Part shown: piece by piece, positions 55,201-64,000 of the stretch | Layout of the letters: every line of letters begins with the position of its first letter | How positions within the stretch are numbered: position 1 is the stretch's first letter | Assembly (NCBI GenBank): GCA_951406725.2 | Contig: OX597822.1 | Span: forward strand, 29,450,001 to 29,514,000 | From: Octopus vulgaris | Lineage: Eukaryota | Length of the DNA: 64,000 bases | Reading direction: 5' to 3' | Translations under genes and position numbers: made by a program | The notes under the pieces: generated by a model | Told to the model about the DNA's origin: nothing | Seen by the model: only the letters and a program-made list of their open reading frames with translations | Databases searched by the model: none

Positions 55201-56172
55201 TTATCCGTAGCTGAAAACTAAACAATCATAAACTTCTGCGAGTGATTTCAGGCAGTCAAATAAAACGTTGATGTTGCGTGCTTCATTCTCATTTTCGGCT
55301 AAATCGAAGAGGAGGCTTCGTATTATTGTAGAATCTTCTTCGGTGCACCAATTCAGCATAGAGCAATAGTTTGAATCACCTTTTCGACCAAAGCGCTGAA
55401 TTATGTTCTTTGAGAAAGTGGCATGTTCCTCAAAGATGTATCCATGCTTATGCAAATAGAGGAATACCCGAAGAAAACGTCTTAGAATGCGGAGAACTTG
55501 TTGTCTGCTCATTATGCTTTTGGACGTGTTGTTTTCTATCAAATAGTTGCAGTTCTGCAGTAAAATATCGAGAAAATCTTGTACCGACGCAGTATATTTT
55601 GTCAGGACCCTGTCCGTAACGAGTTTAAGAATGCGACTATCGAGTTGATAAGCTATCTCACCAAACAATTTTTCCTTATCGCTGGTGTTAAGTTGATGGT
55701 TCCACTTTATCATAGCGTCCAGACAATCGGAGAGGACCAACGCATTGGTTCTCTCTTCATCGTCTTCGGCAACGTCACCGATCAAGAATTTTAAGTGATC
55801 TGGGTCGTGCCGTGCACATATTCTAGCAATAATATAATACTGATTTGAAGGCGGAAGACCGTATTTAGAAACCATATGCCGTGAAAACGGCCCATGGATA
55901 TCTACGGAATATCCGTAATTTCTCAGTAGAAAAAGGACCTCCATCAGTCGGATGAAAACTCTGCGAATGACAGAGGAACCGAAGTGCTTGCACATTCTTT
56001 TGTTGTCGAGGTAAAGTAATCGTAATAGCGACATCACGTCTGAAAACTGTTCGAGATCTCTATGTAAACCCGATATGGAATGTAAACGTATCCGTTGGTC
56101 TAGCTGATGTGCGATTTCTGCTATAAGTGGGCGCCATTCTTCGAAGTATTCTTCAGATGCAGCCAAGAACAT
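55201..56172 (-). CDS. 323-aa protein with two tandem Speriolin C-terminal-like domains (SPATC1/SPATC1L family-like), single coding exon
   Basis: Longest non-repetitive ORF. Two internal repeats: IAEIAHQLDQRI..GYSVDIHGPFS..KYG..LVLSDCL and FGEIAYQLDSRIL..GYIFEEHATFS..RFG..VLFDCL..VFSY, matching the recalled Speriolin_C pattern VGEIAFQLDRRIL..GYS..HP.FSE..YG..LLL.CL..LFAW. In-frame TGA 5 codons upstream of the ATG. Confidence 0.8.
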   Translation of the reverse strand: MFLAASEEYFEEWRPLIAEIAHQLDQRIRLHSISGLHRDLEQFSDVMSLLRLLYLDNKRMCKHFGSSVIRRVFIRLMEVLFLLRNYGYSVDIHGPFSRHMVSKYGLPPSNQYYIIARICARHDPDHLKFLIGDVAEDDEERTNALVLSDCLDAMIKWNHQLNTSDKEKLFGEIAYQLDSRILKLVTDRVLTKYTASVQDFLDILLQNCNYLIENNTSKSIMSRQQVLRILRRFLRVFLYLHKHGYIFEEHATFSKNIIQRFGRKGDSNYCSMLNWCTEEDSTIIRSLLFDLAENENEARNINVLFDCLKSLAEVYDCLVFSYG

Positions 56173-56218
56173 CAGACAAGTTGTTCAAGTGTTCGCTAAT
56201 TAACAGATAATGATGAAC

Positions 56219-56260
56219 CTAGAATGAAAGGAGAAAAAAAGAAAAGAAAATGAAATAAAA
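56219..56260 (-). promoter_or_regulatory. Putative splice acceptor of a 5'UTR intron of the speriolin-like gene
   Basis: Minus strand reads tttcattttcttttctttttttctcctttcattctAG, with the exon starting 46 nt before the ATG. Confidence 0.6.
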
Positions 56261-56269
56261 AATTATATA

Positions 56270-56651
56270 TTGGGTCATCCCATAAATAATGCAGTTTTTT
56301 CAATTTCATGAACTAAAAGTCGGAGGGGAAAGGGATAAACTAACTGCATCAACTTGCTATAAAAGCAGGTAATAATTTTACCTTGTTCCTTATTCTTAGT
56401 GCAAATTTTGAAGAGTGCAGTTCGATTTTAACAGTTATTTTTTCAAAGCTATAATGGAAGTGACAAAGGAGCATATTTGGCTTATTTTGCTTTGAGTTCA
56501 ATAAAGGTAACAATGCAACGGAAAGTGCAAGGAATATTAATGTAGTATATGGACAATAAATGTAAGCCAATGTATACAGTGGTTCCAGAAATTCCGAGCC
56601 GAAAACTACAGATTAACAAAAGACGAGCCTCGTTCTGAAAGATCTGCAGAG
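56270..56651 (+). mobile_element. Mariner, 5' third only
   Basis: TA + TIR ttgggtcatcccataaataatg; MEVTKEHIWLILL..EFNKGNNATESARNINVVYG..WFQKFRA..DEPRSERSAE, then an abrupt switch to another repeat. Confidence 0.85.
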
Positions 56652-57354
56652 CGAAAACACCTAAAGCTCCACGAGGCTCCGGCAGGGGGTGGTGGCGACC
56701 CCTGTTGTACTCTTTCGCTCCAACTTTCTCTCTTTCTTCCTGTTTCTTGTCCCCGATTTCCTACGCAACCGCTGAGCCTGGATGCGCATTCATCCATCCG
56801 TCGATGCTCTCGGTGTCGGGGGTTGACCTGCTTTCTCTTCTGCGGGTCTTACGAATAGCTAAGGGCCACGTTTCGGACTTCTCCCACGAAGACCGCTTCG
56901 CTCAACAGCAACAGTTGTAGTAGTAGTAGTTGTTTAGTCTTGAAGTCAGCCCTGATTAAGTCGAGCAATGATCAAAAGTATTCTAGACGTGACCACTCGG
57001 TCAATTTTTTTTGTATATCTCAAGTTTACTTTCGTGCAACGTTTTCTGAGCCTCCCACACTTTTTTTTAAATGGTTACTCTCATACTCTTTTACTTGTTT
57101 CAGTCATTTAATATGGCCATGCTGGAGCACCGCCTTTAAAATCGTAATTTCAGATGTAGAAGAATCAAAGAAATACTAATAAAAAATTAAATAATTAAAG
57201 GAAAATTAAAAAATAAAGCAACAATTAAGAAAATTAAATAATTGGAGCGAAATTAGAAAAAAATAATTAAAGGAACAATTAAAAAAATTAAATAAAGATG
57301 AAAGAATACACTACCCAATACCTTCCTCATTAAGTAAGATCTGTCATAATAATA

Positions 57355-58075
57355 ATTCTTTCTACTATAGGCACAAGGCCTGATATTTGGGGGGAGGGAG
57401 TCAGTCGATTAAATCGACCCCAGTACGCATCTGGTACTTAATATTAGGTTGTCCCAAAAGTTCGTAAACACTTGCGAAAATTGAATTTTTACTCGCCAAG
57501 TACTAACAAAAACAACAAAAATTATTCCTCAAAATAAAGACCATTATTTTCCAAGACTTTCTACGAACTTTTGGGACAACCTTATATATCGATCCCGAAA
57601 GAATGAAAGGCAAAGTCGACCTCGGTGAAATTTGAACACAGAACGTAGCGACTGGCGAAATACCTAATTCTTTACTACCCACAAGGGGCTAAACACAGAG
57701 AGGACAAACAAGAACAGACAAACGGATTAAGTCGATTATATCGATCCCAATGAGTAACTTATTTAATCGACCCCGAAAGGATGAAAGGCAAAGTTGACCT
57801 CGGCGGAATTTGAACTCAGAACGTAGCGGCAGACGAAATACCTATTTCTTTACTGCCCACAAGGGGCTACATACAGAGGGGACAAACAAGGACAGACGAA
57901 CGGATTAAGTCGATTATATCGACACCAGTGCTTAACTGGTACTTATTTAATCGACCCCGAAAGGATGAAAGGCAAAGTTGACTTCGGCGGAATTTGAACT
58001 CAGAACGTAGCGGCAGACGAAATACCGCTAAGCATCTCGCTCGGTGTGCTAACGTTTCTGCCAGCTCGCCGCCTT
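57355..58075 (-). mobile_element. Tandem array of family B SINE units with a nested MITE
   Basis: Three units with the same junction as the other arrays. Confidence 0.8.
57444..57584. mobile_element. 141-bp mariner-derived MITE nested in a SINE
   Basis: TA|ttaggttgtcccaaaagttcgta ... tacgaacttttgggacaacctta|TA. Confidence 0.85.
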
Positions 58076-58649
58076 GTCATAATGATAATTTCTTTTATTA
58101 GCCATAGGTGAGTGGATGAGGTGGGCATCACAAAGCAGTCAACAATGTGTGTGAGGATTTAGCGATAAACGATAAAAAGTATACATACTTTATAGTATGA
58201 AATAACTTGAGTGACGCAGTCAGCCATCTTTGCACAAATTCACTGGGAGGTAGCATTTCCGTTTCTCCCCTCGCTTTCCTTCCCAAGTGGAATCTAAAAA
58301 ATGGCGATTGAGCACCTGACCAAAGGAGGAGGTGTCTTTCCTCAATCCTTTCTGGACAAATGAACACTGCTGTAACAACAACAATAATAGTTATTTCTAC
58401 TGGAAGCACAAGGGAAGGGATTAAGTCGATCACATACGTATTTTATCGACCTCGAGAGGATGAAAGGCAAAGTCTACCTCGGCGGAATTTGAACAACGAT
58501 GATGATAATGGTTTCGTATTTTGGCACAAGGCAAGAGGTTTTGGTGGCGGGGGCTAAGTCGATTACATCGAGGCTAGTTTTTAACTGGTACTTAACTTAT
58601 TGATCCCGAAAGGATGAAGAGCAAAGCCGACCACGGTGAAATTTAGCGA

Positions 58650-58657
58650 TAATAATA

Positions 58658-58753
<96 letters not shown>

Positions 58754-58765
58754 GTAATAATAATA

Positions 58766-58810
<45 letters not shown>

Positions 58811-59384
58811 GTAATAATAATAATAGTAATAATAATAATAATAATAATAAATGCCCTGATGCAGTACCAGGCAGTGGCTTTCATGGCTTCTGATCTTAAC
58901 TGATTGGAAGTGTTATCATGTACATTGTTTTGTCTTGGTATAAAAGATGGGCTACAGCAAATATTCTGCTCAATACCACAGATTTGCTTGTCAGTTGTTT
59001 GACCTTAACCAGTTGAGCATGTCCCTTAGTGGCTGACGATATGTGCATCTCTGATCACGAGCAGAAGTAGTGGGGGAGCATCATAGCCATGTGTTGAGAG
59101 GGATTCTTTGGAAACATGCGTGGTTCTTTCAACATCCTTAAACAACCCTTATTCAGGGACCGTTTGAGCGGGATGGGCTACTCAACCTGAAGAAAATTCT
59201 AACTGGGCCCCACCTGCAAGGTCATGTGCTGTTTATCTTGATATGAGATCACCATGTCGCGCACATATGGTTGTGATGCATGTGCCTGGTGTACCTTTAT
59301 CAGACGGGTAGTCATGATGGGTATATTGGGCTTCGTATATTTTACCCCAGTGTCACTTTGATGGCATGAACTGCTCTCTCACTC

Positions 59385-59435
<51 letters not shown>
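58650..59435 (+). mobile_element. ~530-bp non-coding insert (58851-59385) embedded in (TAA)n, probably a retroposon 3' segment
   Basis: Higher-GC block with (AAT)n on both sides; family not assignable from sequence alone. Confidence 0.5.
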
Positions 59436-59641
59436 CCTTTCTACTAAAGGCAAAAGGCCTGAAATTTGAGAGGAGTGGCACTAGTTGGTTATATAGACCT
59501 CCAGTGTTCCACTGGTACTTAATTTATCGACCCCGAAAGAATGAAAGTCAAAGTCAACCTCGGCGGAATTTAAGAAGAAGAAGAAGAAGAAGAAAAAGAA
59601 GAAGAAGAAGAAGAACAATAACAACAACAACAACAACAACA

Positions 59642-59692
<51 letters not shown>

Positions 59693-59817
59693 CCTACTAA
59701 AGGCAGTGAGAGGAGTGTACAAGGTGATTACATCGACCTCAGTGTTTCACTGGTACTTATCGATCTCGAAAGGATGAAAGGCAGAGTCGACCTCGGCGGA
59801 ATTTAACTATAATAATG

Positions 59818-59851
<34 letters not shown>

Positions 59852-60018
59852 TGCTGACTCACCGAATAATTTGATTAATTATTGTAGCAATACAAAAGCA
59901 AGAACCAATACCAAATATATTTTGTGTAAACGGCTTTTTTACCGCTGTGCCTTTTACTACCCAATAATGAAAAGTAGTAATCACTCAGTTACAAAGCAGA
60001 ACAAAAGTTTATTTACAA

Positions 60019-60057
<39 letters not shown>

Positions 60058-60168
60058 GACACACACACACACAAGACGCAACGAAACGTTTCGTTCAGAG
60101 TATTTCTTTTTCCATGTTTCTTAGCGTCAAAGAGTGACATTCAAATCTTTACAAAGAAACGCCAAGAC

Positions 60169-60293
60169 AGATTTAGTGAGAAACGAAACGAACTTAAGAT
60201 AGATTTAGTGAGAAACGAAACGAACTTAAGATAGATTTAGTGAGAAACGAAACGAACTTAAGATAGATTTAGTGAGAAACGAAACGAACTTAA
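60169..60293. repeat. Perfect 32-bp minisatellite, 3.9 copies
   Basis: AGATTTAGTGAGAAACGAAACGAACTTAAGAT at 60169, 60201, 60233 and 60265 (last copy partial). Confidence 0.95.
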
Positions 60294-60368
60294 AAAGCAA
60301 AGAGACTCATTCATGAGTCTGAAAGTGTCCTTCAGTATTTAATAATGTTTTATTATCATTGAAAGAAT

Positions 60369-60930
60369 AAGGCGGCGAGCTGGCAGAAACGTTAGCACAC
60401 CGTATTTCGTCTGCCGTTACGTTGTGAGTTCAAATTCCGCTGAGGTCGACTTTGCCTTTCATCCTTTCGGGGTCGATAAATTAAGTACCAGTTACGCACT
60501 AGAGGCGATGTAATCGACTTAATCCGTTTGTCTGTCCTTGTTTGTCCCCTCTGTGTTTAGCCCCTTGTGGGTAGTAAAGAAATAGGTATTTCATCTGCCG
60601 CTACGTTCTGAGTTCAAATTCCGCGGAGATCGACTTTGCCTTTCATCCTTTCGGGGTCGATAAATTAGGTACCAGTTACGAACTGGGGTCGATGTAATCG
60701 GCTTAATCCGTTTGTCTGTCCTTGTTTGTCCTCTCTGTGTTTAGCCCGTTGTGGGTAGTAAAGAAATAGGTATTTCGTCTGTCTTTACGTTCTGAGTTCA
60801 AATTCCGCGGAGATAGAGTTTACCATTTATTCTTTATGTACCAGTTCTGTACTGGGGTCGATGTAATCGACTTCACCCCTCCCTCCCACCAAATTTCAGG
60901 CCTTGTGCCTATAGTAGAAAGGATTATTAT
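60369..60930 (+). mobile_element. Tandem array of family B SINE units
   Basis: Junctions aaagaaata|ggtatttc at ~60585 and ~60768. Confidence 0.8.
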
Positions 60931-61141
60931 TAAGGTGGATAGCTGGCAGATTCCTTACCACACCGGACAAAATACTTGGCGGCATTTCATCCGTTCCTTC
61001 GTTTTCAGGTCAAATTCTGCCGAGGTTGACTTTGCTTTTTATTCTTTCAGATGAAAGTACCAGTTGAGCCCTGGGGTCAATATAATCCGATGGATCCGTC
61101 TCTCAAAATTTCAGGCCGTGTGCCTATAATAGAAAGAATTA

Positions 61142-62422
61142 TCAGGTCATCCCATAAGTTCTGTCCGATTTTATCTTTTCTAAATTGAGTTAAATTTAAT
61201 AGTATTTTAGAATGTGTAATGGAATTAAAAATTATTTTATGCATTTGTGTACATTTAAACTAATCAAATATTATTTTACAAAATAATAGAATTAAAAATT
61301 CTTTGATTAAAACCCTTTCTAACATGGAAGTATCCAAAGAGCATTTGAGGCACATAATGCTTTATGAGTACAAAAAAGGAAACTCTGCAACCGAAGCGAT
61401 TCGAAACATACACTCAGTTTATGGGAAAGAATGCTCGAATGAAAAAAACTTGCAGAAGATGGTTTGCAAAATTCAGAAGTGGAGATTTCAGCCTTGAAGA
61501 TGAAGATTGAAAAGGACGTCCAGTTGAGTTTGATGATAAGCTCCTTGAGGCATTACTTGAAGAAAATCGTGCATTATCAATTGAAGAATTGGCAATAAAG
61601 CTTAGATCAAACCATACAACTGTTCATCGTCATCTTCAAAACCTTGGAAAGGTTCCTAAACTTGGAAAATGGGTGCCTCATATGAATTGTCCGATAGCAA
61701 CTGCAAACCCCGAGTTGACATCTGCTCTTCTCTCCATTCTCATAAACTCATTTCACCCTTTTTGGATAGACTTGTGACTGGTGACGAAAAATGGATCTTC
61801 TATCGAAATGTTAAACGTCGTAAACAGTGGCTTTGTAAAAGGGAAAAAGCTCAATCACAACCGAGAAGGGAACTTCATGGGGAAAAGGTTCTTCTCTCTA
61901 TCTGGTGGGATTGCAAAGGAGTAATTCACTTTGAATTGTTACCACCTAATGCAATGCTCAAGTCTACTGTCAGCAATTAGAGCGTTTGAAACAAGCTTTG
62001 AAGAAAAAAAGGACCCGCTTTACTGAATCGAAAAGGAGTGATTTTTCATCGGGACAATGCACAAACCCACACTGCAAAGATCACATCACAGAAGATCGAA
62101 GAGCTTGGTTGGGAAAAAATTCCTCATCCACCTTATTCTTCCGACCTTGCTCCTTCAGACTACCATTTGTTTCGTAGTTTACAGAATCATTTGGAGAACA
62201 TAACTTTCGCAAGTCAGGAGGAGGTTGAAACTGACATTTCAGAATCCTGCGCTTTGAAACCAAGAGTTTTACATTGATGGGATTAAAAAGCTTGTAAATA
62301 GATGGAAGGAAGTCATAGATAATCAGGGAAAATACATTGATGATTAAATTTCAATTAAATATAACATTTGATCACTTGTTTTCTTTATTCAAAATTCGGA
62401 CAGAACTTATGGGATGACCTGA
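61142..62422 (+). mobile_element. Full-length mariner (1281 bp) with frameshifted transposase pseudogene (61324-62347)
   Basis: TA|tcaggtcatcccataagttctgtccga ... tcggacagaacttatgggatgacctga|TA; motifs WVPH, VTGDEKW, HRDNA, HPPYSSDLAPSDY spread over several frames. Confidence 0.95.
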
Positions 62423-62717
62423 TATTATTATTGTTTTGATTCGTTACATGTTTTGATTTAATTTGAGGTCATGATTTAAAGCAATTAATCTAATTAACAA
62501 AATTTACAATAATTAGCATTAAGAAACCGGATGCAGATATTTCACATAAAAGATTTGTTATCTCATTCCACTGAATGAAAATGTGTGTGAGTGTTTGTGT
62601 GTGTATATATGTGTGTGTATGTGTGTGTGTGAGTGTGTGTATGTGTGTCGTGTGTGTGTGTATGTGTGTGAATGTGTGTATGCGTGTGTGTGTGTGAATG
62701 TGTGTATGCGTGTGTGC

Positions 62718-62748
<31 letters not shown>

Positions 62749-63007
62749 TGTGTGTGTGTGTGTGTGTATGTGAGTGCGCGGATTGTTTGAAACAGCTGAA
62801 AGAGGCGTCCTCCTGGGGTTAAAATGGTAGTAGCGTCGGTTGATGCAACAGGATACCACAGGATGCCTCGTCCAGCTTTTGTATCGAATAACCAGCAGGA
62901 AGGGTTATCCTCCTGGGTCAAAATGGTAGTAACGTCGGTTTCTAAGGAACAGCCATGTTGATGTGGTGATAACCATTACTTCTCAGTAGAGTTACTGTTT
63001 TCATATT

Positions 63008-63226
63008 CTCTTTACTCTTTTACTCTTTTACTTGTTTCAGTCATTTGACTGCGGCCATGCTGGAGCACCGCCTTTTAGTCGAGCAACTCGACCCCGGGAC
63101 TTATTCTTTTGTAAGCCCAGTACTTATTCTATCGGTCTCTTTTGCCGAACCGCTAAGTGACGGGGACGTAAACACACCAGCATCGGTTGTCAAGCAATGC
63201 TGGAGGGGGGGACAAACACAGACACA

Positions 63227-63317
<91 letters not shown>

Positions 63318-63483
63318 TACGACGGGCTTCTTTCAGTTTCCGTCTACCAAATCCACTCACAAGGCTTTGGTCGGCCCGAGGCTATAGTAGAAGACACTTG
63401 CCCAAGATGCCACGCAGTGGGACTGAACCCAGAACCATGTGGTTGGTTAGCAAGCTTCTTACCACACAGCCACTCCTGCGCCT
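63008..63483 (-). mobile_element. Full-length family A SINE, young-looking
   Basis: Very similar to the 35426 and 16557 copies; CpGs retained. Confidence 0.85.
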
Positions 63484-64000
63484 ATAATCGTTGTGCATCG
63501 GCCGGGATAGAGATTTTCTACCTAGCTAATTTGCTTATTACAGGTAATATTTTCTTATCAATAAACGCCTAAAAAAAATGAATATATTAAAGCTGTATGT
63601 CCTTTGAAGTTCTAAAGAATTAACCCCCCACCCCGCCACTCCCTTCTCCTCCAATATCTGGCACTCAGACGGATTTATTATGCATCATGGCGGCATTGTC
63701 ACCTAGTTCAGTTGTTAGACAACTCACAACCTTACTCTCTGTCAACAATGGCCAAATGGAGGTTTTCACAGGTTCCTTATAGCTCTTTCCCTATTCATGT
63801 CTAGATCCGGTCTTCGGTCAATGACTCCCCCTTGCCGAAATTATTTCTCCTCATTCGCCCCCCCCACCTCCTTCACTAACATATACACATATACATACGC
63901 AACCACACCCACACGTACTCACGCACACGTACATGTGCGCGTGATCGCACGTATGAACACATTCACATTGGTATATAATCAAAGAAATACAGGCAGTTTA

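Noticed and set aside
60169-60293. CRISPR array
   Set aside because: Units are contiguous with no unique spacers, there are no cas genes, and the context is eukaryotic
61324-62347. Active or domesticated transposase
   Set aside because: Multiple frameshifts and an in-frame stop
63045-63572. Recurrent peptide DGLLSVSVYQIHSQGFGRPEAIVEDTCPRCHAVG as a gene family
   Set aside because: Antisense translation of the family A SINE, found wherever the SINE occurs

Overview
AT-rich, microsatellite- and transposon-dense animal genomic DNA. The repeat families and the gene suggest a coleoid cephalopod, probably Octopus (inference). Two protein-coding genes can be supported. (1) The 3' half of a GAP1-family Ras GTPase-activating protein gene (RASA3/RASA2-like, + strand): 11 exons between 1310 and 23983, read by hand with GT-AG sites and consistent phases, covering the end of the RasGAP domain, the PH domain, the BTK Zn motif and the C-terminus. 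(2) A single-coding-exon 323-aa ORF (55201-56172, -) made of two tandem Speriolin_C-like (SPATC1/SPATC1L) domains. The rest is tRNA-derived SINEs, RTE and R4/Dong-type LINE remnants, mariner/maT, hAT, piggyBac-like and Helitron-like elements. The most notable signals are: a ~1.07 kb near-perfect palindrome built from a Penelope-like element end with a hammerhead-ribozyme-like motif in each arm; several other fold-back elements with similar motifs; the double-speriolin gene; and two complementary mariner halves that would rejoin if 43.6-56.65 kb were inverted. All calls are by eye; no searches or folding programs were run, and repeat boundaries are approximate unless TIR/TSD sequences are given.
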